Virus record (IMG/VR): IMGVR_UViG_2871003000_000003 | Location: 32,001 to 96,000 of that record | Source of the DNA: a virus | Lineage: Duplodnaviria > Caudoviricetes | Direction: 5' to 3' (one strand) | DNA length: 64,000 nucleotides | In this document: positions 10,613 through 21,334 of the stretch, in pieces | Numbering within the stretch: the first letter of the stretch is position 1 | Layout of the letters: every line of letters begins with the position of its first letter | The notes under the pieces: model-generated | What the model was told of the DNA's origin: nothing | The model's input: the letters and a program-made list of their open reading frames with translations, nothing else | Database searches by the model: none | Made by a program: the position numbers and the translations under genes

Positions 10613-10774
10613 ATGCCATTTTCAGAAAAATAAATAGTGCAGAAATAATACGGGGATCTTCCATCCCCGAACCCCTGGAATCCTTGTTATAACAGTAATA
10701 GAAAAAATTATTACCGTTATAACAAGGCTAAAAATGGGATGTTTTAATTTTCCGAATTCTGCAAATTATGGCAT
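10613..10774 (-). ncRNA. putative structured intergenic RNA or miniature element
   Basis: Nested inverted repeats 10613-19/10768-74, 10638-44/10757-63, 10651-57/10663-69 and a long hairpin 10682-10727. Confidence 0.4.
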
Positions 10775-10992
10775 CAAATAAAATGCGTTGTAACAACTAC
10801 ATGCTCCTTGCATTTAATTCCTTCTCCACTTCTTCCCATGTAAACTGTTCTGTAATAAGTTCATGAGTATATTTTTCCCAAATTGTTTTATAATCAACAC
10901 CCATTAGTTGGCTCATTTCGATTAAAGCATCGACAACTTTATTGATCTTAATTTCTACCATCTTCTTCTCCATTTGAAAGTGAATTTCTATT

Positions 10993-11388
10993 TTATTCTT
11001 TTTCTGTAAAACTAATCATTCTATTTCCATCTTTCGTTGCATATACAGTAATATATATATCTGCTTTTTCAATTTCCGTAATTAATTTATCTTCTAGTAT
11101 TTCTACTTTATAAGTTCCATCATCATTTTGATAAGCGTGAACTTCCCTTTTGCTGAACTTAGCCAATTTCTCTTTATCATCTACTTTCGTTGGTGATAAC
11201 CATTCAATATAACAATACGGAATAATTAAAATTTCTTCAGAATCTTTTAATTCAAAATAAAAATTATGCTCTAGTTTGCCTACAATTGATGCAGTAAAAT
11301 ACTGTTTAATTTTAGTTTTATATAATTCCTCCATCATATATCTTTCTTTAATCTTTACGTCATAAAATATTTTTTTACTTTCTTGCAT
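10993..11388 (-). CDS. hypothetical protein
   Basis: ORF with GAGG RBS. Confidence 0.55.
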   Translation of the reverse strand: MQESKKIFYDVKIKERYMMEELYKTKIKQYFTASIVGKLEHNFYFELKDSEEILIIPYCYIEWLSPTKVDDKEKLAKFSKREVHAYQNDDGTYKVEILEDKLITEIEKADIYITVYATKDGNRMISFTEKE

Positions 11389-11400
11389 TTAATCCACCTC

Positions 11401-11883
11401 TTATTTTATGAAATCCATTTCACCATTTTCACAGAGAAAATTATATTTATCTATCCACCCCTGTGCGGATAAATTGCCACATCTTTTCAATTGTTCTTTA
11501 TAGCTTCTATTAAAGACAAGTCGTGATATTCCAAATTTATACTCTGCAATTGTTTGTATCATTTTATATGTAAGAATAGCGTTTTTATTAGACAGTCGTC
11601 TGATTCTAGGATCTGAATATGTAAACGCCTCAGTATTGTCTTCTACTCTTCTTTCATCAGTCAATGATCTATCATATAGTTCTGTTGTTGCTATGTAATA
11701 ACATGTTAATTTAAAACATATATCCTCTATATCATCTCTGGATATTTGTTCTATATATTTAGTAGTTGGTTGCTCATCAATCGCTTCAACAATAAGATCT
11801 ACTGGAAATGTTTCGCGTCCATGATTCATACTTGCTCTTAACGAATCAACCAACTTATCTGCATCAATCAATCTTGTTTTCAT
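11401..11883 (-). CDS. hypothetical phage protein (RLIDAD..IDEQPT N-terminus)
   Basis: N-terminal motif common in Firmicute phage early genes. Confidence 0.6.
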   Translation of the reverse strand: MKTRLIDADKLVDSLRASMNHGRETFPVDLIVEAIDEQPTTKYIEQISRDDIEDICFKLTCYYIATTELYDRSLTDERRVEDNTEAFTYSDPRIRRLSNKNAILTYKMIQTIAEYKFGISRLVFNRSYKEQLKRCGNLSAQGWIDKYNFLCENGEMDFIK

Positions 11884-12111
11884 TTTATATCCCCCTTATG
11901 AAACGTGAGTTTCAATCAAATATCTCTGCAATATAATTATCTTTTTGAACTGTTGTTATTGTATTGCTACATCCGTCTGTCCTAAATGTATATTCTCTCA
12001 TATTGCATCTGCGCTCTTTTATTATTCCGGATTCGTATTCTTTTCGTATCTTCTTTGCATATTCTGTTCTTTGATATTTAAGACAGAAATATTCTTTCCC
12101 ACAAACAGATT

Positions 12112-13971
12112 TTACTCTGTCTGTGGATTTATAAAATTTCCGGAATTAATATCCTCATATAACCTATCAAGTGCAATCTCAAATGCGCCAACACCTGAGA
12201 AAAAACTACTCAATTTCAAATTATCAAACAAATAAGGCATAGCTTTATAAAGCTCTACATATATGTAATAAAGAACATCTACTACAATTGAATTACCTGC
12301 CTGTTTATATAATTGACTATTTGAAACTCCGGCTTTCTGTGCAGCATCAAAATTCTCATCAGAAAATCCCATGAGCCTAAAACACTCTTTTGGAGTTAGC
12401 TTACGGATTCTAATATCATCTGTAACTGGTAGAATTGCTGTTTTAAATCCTTCTGGTCTTGTTGTTAATGTAGGAGAATACCCGCTTTTATCTACATGTT
12501 TATTAAATGCATTAATTGTATCCCCCGAGTTGCAATCATTTTCATTTAAAGTTTCAAGTGCTTGTTTAAAAAATCTTTCTTTAGGTTCAATTCTACAAAT
12601 GCCTGTTTCTGTCGCAGTAATTGTTGGACATGTATTCCCATTATCCTGGACTCTACCTCTTCTCGTTTTGCTATCTGGATAAGACAAATCTGCAACACCA
12701 CCAATTTCACATTCGATATATCCCTGTTTTGTTGCTTGTTTGATTGCAACCTTACTTCCTTCTCCTTTATTCGTAGTTAATGTTGGAGACAATCCATTTT
12801 CCGAATAAACAGACCCATTCATACCATTACCAGATGGGTTGATATTCCCAATTTTTAGAACAGCAGTTCCTTCAGATTTTCTGTTGCTAATTCCTCTATC
12901 CTCTCTCGCTGCAATGCAATTTGCATATTCGATTAACTCTGGTTTATTATATGATTTATCAATTCCACATAATACATGTGGCTGTCTTCCACCACCTTGC
13001 ATAGTCGTTAAAGTAGGACTAATATGACTATCATCCCACACGCCTCCGGCATATCCTGTTCCGAAATCTTCTCGATTTACATTTCCAATAAATTTAGGTT
13101 GGTCAATTTCTACAACTCTTTTATCACCACATGAATCAATTGTTCTTAATGCACCACATACATCATTTTTATAAGTTCGAAGCCCCTCATCTTTTCTTTC
13201 TTCACACACAAATTTATCATTTTGACTTTTCTCATATTTACTTTCAATACTCGATATAAATTTTTGGGTTTTCTCATCAGAAATATAGAACTTCTCATCG
13301 ACTTCATCTTCCAATAAATCCTTCAATCTTAATCCATTATCAAAAGGTTCTGGAAATTCAAACTTACCATTATCCAAATCCTTTTTAATAAATAACAGAT
13401 ACACACGTTCTCTGTTCTGTGGAATTCCATAATTTTTAGCATTCAGAACCTTCCAATATACGTTATATCCATATTCTTCTAATTCATCAGTAAATAATTT
13501 AAATGTTGTGTCTTTAAACTGTTTTCCAACGATATTCTTTACATTTTCATAAATTCCAAAATTAGGTCTATTTGATCTAACTACTCGTAAATATTCAACA
13601 AGAAGAGATGATCTTGTCTTTTCAATATTTTTACTTCCACAATTCGGACAACAATCTCTTTTACTCCAATGAACTGTTAATGGATTATATTCAAAATGCT
13701 TTCCATTATCATCCACACAATCTTTACAAGTCCACACAGAGCCTTTTTGTTTACCAGCCACACTGAAATCCTGGCACGGTGATCCTCCACAAATCATATT
13801 AAAATTATCTAACTCAGTTTCATCAACCTTTGTAATATCGCCAAGATTTTTACTTTCATCAACATTATGAATAGCACAATAACTTTTTGTTGCATATTTA
13901 TCAAATTCACAAAAATTTACAAGTTCCCACTGTTTATCTGAATTATATTTTTTATCCTTATTTTCTACCAT
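12112..13971 (-). CDS. DNA (cytosine-5) methyltransferase, circularly permuted, long multi-TRD variable region
   Basis: GGSPCQDFS (IV), ENV (VI), PQNRERVY (VIII), RKLTPKECFRLMGF (IX), YKQAGNSI (X); motif I FSGVGA at the C-terminus. Confidence 0.92.
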   Translation of the reverse strand: MVENKDKKYNSDKQWELVNFCEFDKYATKSYCAIHNVDESKNLGDITKVDETELDNFNMICGGSPCQDFSVAGKQKGSVWTCKDCVDDNGKHFEYNPLTVHWSKRDCCPNCGSKNIEKTRSSLLVEYLRVVRSNRPNFGIYENVKNIVGKQFKDTTFKLFTDELEEYGYNVYWKVLNAKNYGIPQNRERVYLLFIKKDLDNGKFEFPEPFDNGLRLKDLLEDEVDEKFYISDEKTQKFISSIESKYEKSQNDKFVCEERKDEGLRTYKNDVCGALRTIDSCGDKRVVEIDQPKFIGNVNREDFGTGYAGGVWDDSHISPTLTTMQGGGRQPHVLCGIDKSYNKPELIEYANCIAAREDRGISNRKSEGTAVLKIGNINPSGNGMNGSVYSENGLSPTLTTNKGEGSKVAIKQATKQGYIECEIGGVADLSYPDSKTRRGRVQDNGNTCPTITATETGICRIEPKERFFKQALETLNENDCNSGDTINAFNKHVDKSGYSPTLTTRPEGFKTAILPVTDDIRIRKLTPKECFRLMGFSDENFDAAQKAGVSNSQLYKQAGNSIVVDVLYYIYVELYKAMPYLFDNLKLSSFFSGVGAFEIALDRLYEDINSGNFINPQTE

Positions 13972-14135
13972 TTACCTCTATATAAGAGGTGTGTACACAC
14001 ATTTTACCTAGGATTACTCATTTGTCCTTTCTTAAATATCTATGTAATAAGACCATTTGCAACTGATCTGATTCAAATGAAAAATATATTTTATTTGACG
14101 TTCATGACCGTCAATATTTTATTCTCTGTTACTAA

Positions 14136-14450
14136 TTAATACTTCCCTCCAAGCTCGTATAATAATAAATGTCTTGGAATAGTACATATCTTCGTTCCGT
14201 CCGGGAAACGCAAGAAATTTTCGTTGTTAATACTCCGCTCAATTTCTTCTTCTGACGCTTCCTTAATTTTAAAATATTTAAATTCTTTTAATTTACATTC
14301 TAAATCATCGTCCATACAATACCTAATAATCATTTTAATACTATTCTCAATATTCTCTTTTGTCGCAATAATATGAGTTTGGACGTATTTCCATTTACAC
14401 GACCCTTTATATTTATATTTCATACCCACATAATATAAATAATGTTTCAT
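14136..14450 (-). CDS. hypothetical protein
   Basis: ORF with RBS. Confidence 0.5.
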   Translation of the reverse strand: MKHYLYYVGMKYKYKGSCKWKYVQTHIIATKENIENSIKMIIRYCMDDDLECKLKEFKYFKIKEASEEEIERSINNENFLRFPDGTKICTIPRHLLLYELGGKY

Positions 14451-14511
14451 ATCTTATATCTCTCCATTCTTCTTGTTATTTATAACTTTTTGTTTTTACA
14501 GCTCGCAAAGT

Positions 14512-14703
14512 TTAAATTAATTTTCTCCCACATACTGGACAATAATTGATTTCAAGCTGCTTATTTCTCCATGGTTCCGGAATCATCCCCAATGGTCTTT
14601 CTATATCCAAAGCGTAATATTTCCTGTTATCCGTACCTTTGCATTCATACATGTTAATTTCCTTTAATTTTGTATTTATACGATTGCAAAACTCACAACA
14701 CAT
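14512..14703 (-). CDS. small Zn-finger protein
   Basis: CEFC...INYCPVCGRKL. Confidence 0.55.
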   Translation of the reverse strand: MCCEFCNRINTKLKEINMYECKGTDNRKYYALDIERPLGMIPEPWRNKQLEINYCPVCGRKLI

Positions 14704-14722
14704 TATTTACATCACCACATTT

Positions 14723-15401
14723 CTAAAATCCTGTCTGTTTTGTTTCAAAATTGATATTACCTCTTCCAACAACAATTACAGAATCATCTTCCCACTTTTC
14801 ACCTTTGCTATAAAATTCTGTATCGTTTTCATATACACCCTCTGTATGAATAATTTCAAAATCAATTTCTCCATCAAAATCTTTAATTAATGTTGTTGTC
14901 CATGGACGCTCAATATGGTAGTTAAAATCTGGAAACTTCATCTAGCAAAAATACTCCAACCATTCCAGAATCTGCACAGAACTCTCCAAGTTTTTCATGT
15001 GTATCTGAATTGTAAGTTGTGCAAGACCAATCACCATACAACGTATCTCTACAGATATAGTTTTCGATTCCTAGCACTTCCATATCTTCTCCATAGTTGC
15101 ATAGTTTCCAATCAGAAACATTATTTTTTCTATATTCCTGAAGTGCTGCTTCATATCTTTTATTCTCTTCTTCATACTGTTCAGATTTATGAATCCATTC
15201 TTCTAATAAAAACTCTTCTGGAAAACCAGTATCTTCTTCTAACGCTTTAATTTCGTTTTCATCCATTTTTCTGTAATCTGGATAATATTTCTCTCTACTA
15301 TGAGAAAAATAATCTTTTGCTTTAGGATATTCTCCTACCTCTTTCTTTTCTTTGCAGATATAACATGGATCTGTGATAATAATATTTCCTTTAAATCTCA
15401 T
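14723..15401 (-). pseudogene. hypothetical phage gene apparently split by a frameshift
   Basis: ORFs 14922..15401 (..ADSGMVGVFLLDEV) and 14723..14941 (PDFNYHIERPW..) overlap and read as one protein. Confidence 0.45.
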
Positions 15402-15676
15402 CTTCTCTCCTTCTCACACCATTCAAAAAAGTCATACATACCGTGATTTCTAATACCATCTGATTTTCTTTTCAAAAACGGTATTAACTCATGCATAAAA
15501 CTATTTACCCCACCAATATTCAATTCATAAACATAATTTGAGAGCGCATAAAAGATATACTCTGCAACATCTTTTCTACCGGCTGCTCTTGATTCCGCTT
15601 TCATTTCATCAAGTTCTTCTTCTGATAGCTCGTAAAACACCTTAGAACTAACAATATTTTTCTCTATCTTTTTCAA
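15398..15676 (-). CDS. hypothetical protein
   Basis: ORF in operon. Confidence 0.5.
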   Translation of the reverse strand: MKKIEKNIVSSKVFYELSEEELDEMKAESRAAGRKDVAEYIFYALSNYVYELNIGGVNSFMHELIPFLKRKSDGIRNHGMYDFFEWCEKERR

Positions 15677-15715
15677 AACAAAAATTACCTCAACATACTA
15701 TTTGAAAATTGTATT

Positions 15716-17161
15716 TTATATATACATTACTTTCCTTCCCTTATATAATTTATTCTCTCTAATTGCGTTTCCAACCGATCCGGCAGAAAATGTTTCCCCA
15801 AAATCGTTTTCACTTTTTTCTGATAAAATATGAACTGATGGGTATTCGATAAAAATATTTGAATTTGGGTATTTTTCTATTTTTAATGTTTTTGAATTTT
15901 TTATATTATGTATTCCTTTGCGAATTGGTATGTTACGTTTTAAATTATTATTTTTCAAAAAATTACACACGGTTGTTACAGAAATACCAACTGTTTCTGA
16001 AATTTTAGTAGCAGAATAACCTTCACTATTTAACTTATGAATTTCTTTATATATATTTTTTCTTGCTTCTTTGTTACAAATAGAAAAATCTACTTTATCA
16101 ATATTTATATATTTACATATATCAGATTGATATATTTGTTCTTTCATATATTTTAAATTTGATTCCAAGGCTTTTATTCTGATTATTTTATACCCGTTTT
16201 TAATTGCCAATTCATCCTTTTTTGAATCAATAAACAAATCTTTCTTTAACCTATTAGAAATGTACCCATGTCCATACCCGCCATCTATTTCTACAATTAT
16301 TTTTAAATCTGGAAGTAAAAAATCGTATCTTCCATAAGTTTCTTTTTTTGTATATGGATTATAAAACACACACCAATTTTGTTTTCTATCAAAAATATAT
16401 TTAACGCCTAGTTGCTCTAATAATGAAGTGAAAAATCCTTCTGGATAACTCCTATTTTTCATACATGAACAACCAAAATGATTTTTCTGCAAATTATTTA
16501 TTATTATATTACGATGTATCCTTCCACAACTAGGACATTGTATATCTATTCTTTTATTAGAATACGGCGTGTACATTGATGCATTTTTTATTTTTTCTTC
16601 AATTGTTTCCCCTATGAAATATTCAATAATTTCAGGAGTTATTGTTGCTAAATCGTTTATTCCAGGAACGACAATTGTGCTGCTACAACAAGGGCATAGT
16701 GTTTTACATCCGCTTTTGCTGTTTAAAGACATCCAGTATTCTTTTTTATATTTTTGTTTAACATAATGTTCCCCACATTCAAATCCGCATTTATAACAAA
16801 TAAATTTATACCCTTTTCCATCTTCTCTACTTATAATTGTCATATTGTTATATTCATCTTTAATATGATCTCCAATTTTATATTTCCATGCTCTTTTTTG
16901 ATTGGAATTATTTCTTTTTGCGCCGATTAGTAAACCAATATTAGATGTTCTTAATTGACTGGCATAAATCCAATTTTCTGTCTTATTAAATAAGATTTTT
17001 AATTTTGGTTTCTTATTATTCTTATTCTGATAATCAATTATTTTTAAATATCCTTTTATATCATCATATTCAAATTTAACATCTTCTCCAATGCATTCTC
17101 TCCATTTTATCGTCTTTCCTGATTGTGAATGAGGTAATTCTTCTAAAAATACTTTTCTCAA
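15716..17161 (-). CDS. Zn-ribbon + Vsr/DUF559 (EDxHD-like) free-standing homing-type endonuclease
   Basis: CxxC pairs, PGINDLAT zinc-ribbon motif, SYPE, YDF..IVEIDGGYGH, DSKKD..GYKIIRI, C-terminal HTH. Confidence 0.72.
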   Translation of the reverse strand: MRKVFLEELPHSQSGKTIKWRECIGEDVKFEYDDIKGYLKIIDYQNKNNKKPKLKILFNKTENWIYASQLRTSNIGLLIGAKRNNSNQKRAWKYKIGDHIKDEYNNMTIISREDGKGYKFICYKCGFECGEHYVKQKYKKEYWMSLNSKSGCKTLCPCCSSTIVVPGINDLATITPEIIEYFIGETIEEKIKNASMYTPYSNKRIDIQCPSCGRIHRNIIINNLQKNHFGCSCMKNRSYPEGFFTSLLEQLGVKYIFDRKQNWCVFYNPYTKKETYGRYDFLLPDLKIIVEIDGGYGHGYISNRLKKDLFIDSKKDELAIKNGYKIIRIKALESNLKYMKEQIYQSDICKYINIDKVDFSICNKEARKNIYKEIHKLNSEGYSATKISETVGISVTTVCNFLKNNNLKRNIPIRKGIHNIKNSKTLKIEKYPNSNIFIEYPSVHILSEKSENDFGETFSAGSVGNAIRENKLYKGRKVMYI

Positions 17162-17449
17162 TATGTAAAGGAGCTTTGCAAACTTAGGTCATGACACTCA
17201 TACTCCTTTCGTTATTTTGCGATCGTTAATATATTATTCTCTCTTTTATTTTCAACTTTACACAAATCAGACAATTCATTCTTTATACTTTTATCAAAAT
17301 TGCCATCCAATAAGGAAAGCAATTGTCACCTGAGATACCATAATAGCCACATGAGCATGATTTTAACTCATATCCATATTCTAAAAATGATCTCACTTTT
17401 CGTTCATAATCTTCTTGACAGTCCGTATTTATTGTTATAACATCCATAT

Positions 17450-18193
17450 CTATATTCCTATTCTTTCTTTCGCTATTTCAAAATACTTCTCATCTTTTTC
17501 AATGCCTATAAATCTTCTATTTAAATTCTTACAAGCTAATCCAGTTGTACCGGAACCAATACAACTATCCAAAACCAAATCTCCTTCATTAGTATAAGTT
17601 TTAATCAATTCTTCTATCAATGCCAATGGTTTTTGCGTTGGATGTAAAGCTGATTTTTGAACATCCTTTGCAAATTTCCATACAGATCTCGGATATCTTT
17701 CTGTGCTATCGTATGTAGTTAGTCCATGTTCTCCATAATCTGTTGTATTCTTACATCCAACCTTATGTTCTGCTTTACTCACTTTTCTAACATGTCCAGT
17801 TGTTTTTTGAGGATTGTATACAGGAGGTTTTTTATAAAAAATACAAATATCTTCATGACTTCTTAAAGGCATTTTCTTAGCATTTAGAAACCCTGTTGGT
17901 TGTGTCTTCTCCCAAATCAAATTGTATCTCCACATTTGTTTGTTACTCATCATCAGTTCTGCAGTAAACATGCCATTTGCAAATAAGATAATTGCAGCAT
18001 TGTCTTTTGCAATTCTTTTATACTGTTCCCACAATGGTTCAAATGGAATAATTACATCCCATTTGTTTCTGGAAGTTTGTTGGTATGGAAGATCTGTAAC
18101 AATGCAATCTACTGATTTATCAGAAATGTTATTCATTAGTTCAAGGCAATCTCCACATTGTAAACTAATGCTACTCATGGGAAACACCGCCAT
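17450..18193 (-). CDS. DNA N6-adenine/N4-cytosine methyltransferase (beta class)
   Basis: GDCLE, DLPY, HPTQKP, LDSCIGSGTT. Confidence 0.92.
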   Translation of the reverse strand: MAVFPMSSISLQCGDCLELMNNISDKSVDCIVTDLPYQQTSRNKWDVIIPFEPLWEQYKRIAKDNAAIILFANGMFTAELMMSNKQMWRYNLIWEKTQPTGFLNAKKMPLRSHEDICIFYKKPPVYNPQKTTGHVRKVSKAEHKVGCKNTTDYGEHGLTTYDSTERYPRSVWKFAKDVQKSALHPTQKPLALIEELIKTYTNEGDLVLDSCIGSGTTGLACKNLNRRFIGIEKDEKYFEIAKERIGI

Positions 18194-18917
18194 TCCATTT
18201 GAATAATTTTTCTGTGGCTTTAACTCTTTTGTTGTTATCTATCGTTCTATTAACTTCCTGTTCCCAAATACATTCAAAATCTTGCGGTGCGTTTTGTTCG
18301 CTGATAAGAACAATATTTTTCTTGCTTAATTTTCTACACCATTCCCAAAATTCATCATGATTAAAATTCTTGCTTATACCATACTGTTTTACATTTTGAT
18401 ATGGTGGATCGCAATAAAATAATCTATTTTCAAATCCTGTCCAATACTTATAATCACATTGGATAAATTCAATATCTTTAATATTGTTTGCTTGTGCCAA
18501 CAAATTTCTTTTCGCCTCATCATAATAATTTCTTGTGGCTCCTGATTTTGTATTAACCAGCCCTGCATATCCACCATCAAAAAATCTACCATTATAGCTT
18601 GCTAAGAATCCTATTGCCCCAATATACCAATCTTCAAGACAATTATTATTTTCATTAAAACATTCTCTTACTTCTGAATAATGTTCTTTTGTAATAAAAT
18701 CTGGAAGTGTGTATATTTTATCTATATTTTTAAACAATGCTATTAAGTATCTATGTATATCAGATGCAATTTTATATTCACATTTAACTTTGTCTATCAC
18801 ATTGAGTCCGCCGCAAAACGGTTCTATGTAACATTTAATATTGTTTTCATCTATATATCTCTGAATAATCTGAACAATATGTTTCGCTATTCGAGACTTA
18901 CTCCCCATATATTTCAA
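18171..18917 (-). CDS. Dam-like (D12 class) DNA adenine methyltransferase
   Basis: KYMGSK, EPFCGG, YCDPPY. Confidence 0.9.
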   Translation of the reverse strand: MKYMGSKSRIAKHIVQIIQRYIDENNIKCYIEPFCGGLNVIDKVKCEYKIASDIHRYLIALFKNIDKIYTLPDFITKEHYSEVRECFNENNNCLEDWYIGAIGFLASYNGRFFDGGYAGLVNTKSGATRNYYDEAKRNLLAQANNIKDIEFIQCDYKYWTGFENRLFYCDPPYQNVKQYGISKNFNHDEFWEWCRKLSKKNIVLISEQNAPQDFECIWEQEVNRTIDNNKRVKATEKLFKWNGGVSHE

Positions 18918-18986
18918 ATTTTTTCACCAGAAAGGTGACATGTCCTTAGTAGCTACCCTAACTTTTATCCTTTCTGATTTTCTTTA

Positions 18987-19439
18987 TTAACTATAATTTT
19001 CTTTGTCGATATATTTGAACATTTCTGTTTCACCATCAAAAACAATTTTCACCAAATAATTTATGCCGTCCGCATATAAGTATTTATAATGAAGAACATC
19101 GTTATTTTCTATTCTATATTTAATTCCAAAAGATTTTATCCATAGCTCCCATTTCCTTAAATCTGTCATGTTCTTAATATCAGTCAATGTTTCAAAATTT
19201 CTACAAAGTTTCATAACATTCCATCCGTCACTAAACTTTCTTAGTGTGTATTTTTCAGACAAATCATGATACTCAAGCCATTCTGAAACTGATTCTCTTA
19301 AACCATCTTCATTAATCTCATATGCTCCTCCGTTATCAGAACCATGTACAATAGCTTCTCGTATAATACTGTTAATCAATTCAATCTCTTTTTTTTCACT
19401 AAATTCAGTATTCATATAATCTTTATTCCTCCTCGTCAA
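18987..19439 (-). CDS. hypothetical protein
   Basis: ORF in operon. Confidence 0.5.
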   Translation of the reverse strand: MTRRNKDYMNTEFSEKKEIELINSIIREAIVHGSDNGGAYEINEDGLRESVSEWLEYHDLSEKYTLRKFSDGWNVMKLCRNFETLTDIKNMTDLRKWELWIKSFGIKYRIENNDVLHYKYLYADGINYLVKIVFDGETEMFKYIDKENYS

Positions 19440-19848
19440 TCATATAATGACATCTCTGTAAAAGATGTAAACACAAATCCATGTAATCATTTACTTGTGA
19501 TTCGCTTGGTAATCCATCTTCGTATTCGTTAATTGATAACAAAGTATCACAACCGCTGCACGAACCATAATAAGTATTCGTGTACACATAGTCTTCAACA
19601 CTCGGCTGATACTGATCCCTGTGTAATATAAATACCTGAGTTCCTTGATAATCACCATCATCGATAACTAAAATATTTTCTGTATCTAACCGGTAATGGT
19701 CACATTCTATAGATGGATTAATAACGATATCAAACAGCAATTTTACGAGATCTTCATAGTTACCATATTCTTCCTGTCTAGTCTTTCTAAAATACTCCTC
19801 AAGCTTGTCTTTATTTTTCTCCCATGCTAAACAAAATTCTTTAATCAT
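19423..19848 (-). CDS. hypothetical phage protein (GDYQG..YGSCSGCD)
   Basis: ORF with conserved-looking motif and RBS. Confidence 0.6.
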   Translation of the reverse strand: MIKEFCLAWEKNKDKLEEYFRKTRQEEYGNYEDLVKLLFDIVINPSIECDHYRLDTENILVIDDGDYQGTQVFILHRDQYQPSVEDYVYTNTYYGSCSGCDTLLSINEYEDGLPSESQVNDYMDLCLHLLQRCHYMIDEEE

Positions 19849-19851
19849 TTC

Positions 19852-20139
19852 TTATTCTCCTTCATACTTCTTCGGTAATTCCATCCAAGCAATTACCTTA
19901 CTCATAACTTTCATTTTCCTACCGCCTGTTCCATGTGAAAACCATTTAATTTCATATGACTTTCCTCCATAATAAAATCTTTTTTCGCAATGTGCGACAA
20001 ACATATCTCCGCATTTAGTCTGAATTAAAACATTTTTACTTTTATGCACATATTTATCAACTTCTTCTAATTCTGGTAATCCAACCTTTTTTATTGAAAT
20101 CCAGTTTTTATTTAATAAATCTCCTACATTTAATTCCAT
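19852..20139 (-). CDS. DUF551-like phage protein
   Basis: WIS..LPE ... VIAWMELP. Confidence 0.6.
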   Translation of the reverse strand: MELNVGDLLNKNWISIKKVGLPELEEVDKYVHKSKNVLIQTKCGDMFVAHCEKRFYYGGKSYEIKWFSHGTGGRKMKVMSKVIAWMELPKKYEGE

Positions 20140-20478
20140 TTATACTTCCTCTTTAGTTCTTTATATTTTTTCATTGCTAATTTAATTTGTTATATTTACA
20201 TAAAATACAATTATACTTCTCAATAAAATTCATTTTATTATTTCCTTTTTTATAACTCATCAAATTCTTTCTGATACTCAATCATCTTTTTCTCTAACCA
20301 CTCAATTAATTCTCTTTGGAATCTTGAAGAAAGAACTTCATCTTTTCTAAGTGGTGTTGAAATTGTAATCCATGTTTTGTCTTCTTTTGCTTTGCGTAAG
20401 TGATAATTAATCAACCAAATATCATCGTTTAGTTGCATTGCCTTTTTGTATGTTTCTTTTACCATATACTTATTCTCT

Positions 20479-20823
20479 TTATAATACTTCAGTAAGAATC
20501 CTAAAATCTTTAAATGTGTTATTTTCAATAGTTACTTCGACTGGTTTATTAAGTAGCTCAGATACATAATTGACTTTTGCATCTTCTAATATCCGGTCAA
20601 TGTATTCGATAGTTTTAGTGATCGCTGCTTCGCGGTTTAAATCTTTCCAGTTACATTCCGGACTAATATTGACTGTATATTTTCCGCCGTCACCAATTCC
20701 GCTACTTCCCATTTTAAAGCAGAGATGTAAACCTATTAGAAATGGATAATCTCTCATAGTTCCAAACTCTGCAAAAGTAATTTTACCTAATTCTTTTGTC
20801 ACCACATTATTCTCCTTTTCCAT
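20479..20823 (-). CDS. hypothetical phage protein
   Basis: ORF in operon. Confidence 0.55.
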   Translation of the reverse strand: MEKENNVVTKELGKITFAEFGTMRDYPFLIGLHLCFKMGSSGIGDGGKYTVNISPECNWKDLNREAAITKTIEYIDRILEDAKVNYVSELLNKPVEVTIENNTFKDFRILTEVL

Positions 20824-21331
20824 ATTCTCGAAGCCGAGTTCTTACATATTTGTAATAATCAATCTTTGTTTCATACTTTTCCTTATCTTCCCTATTCCAT
20901 AACACCGGTCTCATCTTAACGCCAGCATCTCGAAGTTTCTCCCAAATTTCCATAAATTGCTGACGGAATATGCGTAGTCTTTTGTTTCTAGGCGGCTCCG
21001 TAAAGTCGATCGGATTATCATACTGATCTTTGTCAAATAACATCTGAAGTACCTCGGCAGTTGTTCTTCCCATTTGTCTAAAACCTTGATGTAAAATATA
21101 ACTCTTCTGCCAAGCAAACAGACGAAAACCCAGAGCTTTTTCTATAGTGTTGAAATCTATAGAGTCATTATTTTCTTTAGGTGTATGGTAGATCCATTCC
21201 AAGTTTTCGGTTTTCTTTTTTTCGTTTTCATAATCATCCAAGATATACGAAATACAATGTTCCATTGGATAATTAATACCTTCACACCATCCAGAATATG
21301 ATGGACATCTGTTTTTGAATTTACAACCCAT
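20807..21331 (-). CDS. hypothetical phage protein
   Basis: ORF in operon. Confidence 0.55.
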   Translation of the reverse strand: MGCKFKNRCPSYSGWCEGINYPMEHCISYILDDYENEKKKTENLEWIYHTPKENNDSIDFNTIEKALGFRLFAWQKSYILHQGFRQMGRTTAEVLQMLFDKDQYDNPIDFTEPPRNKRLRIFRQQFMEIWEKLRDAGVKMRPVLWNREDKEKYETKIDYYKYVRTRLREYGKGE

Positions 21332-21334
21332 AAT

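Noticed and set aside
15716-17161. Endonuclease as the restriction partner of the neighbouring MTases, or intron-encoded
   Set aside because: Domain layout is homing-endonuclease-like and no split host gene or intron core was recognised
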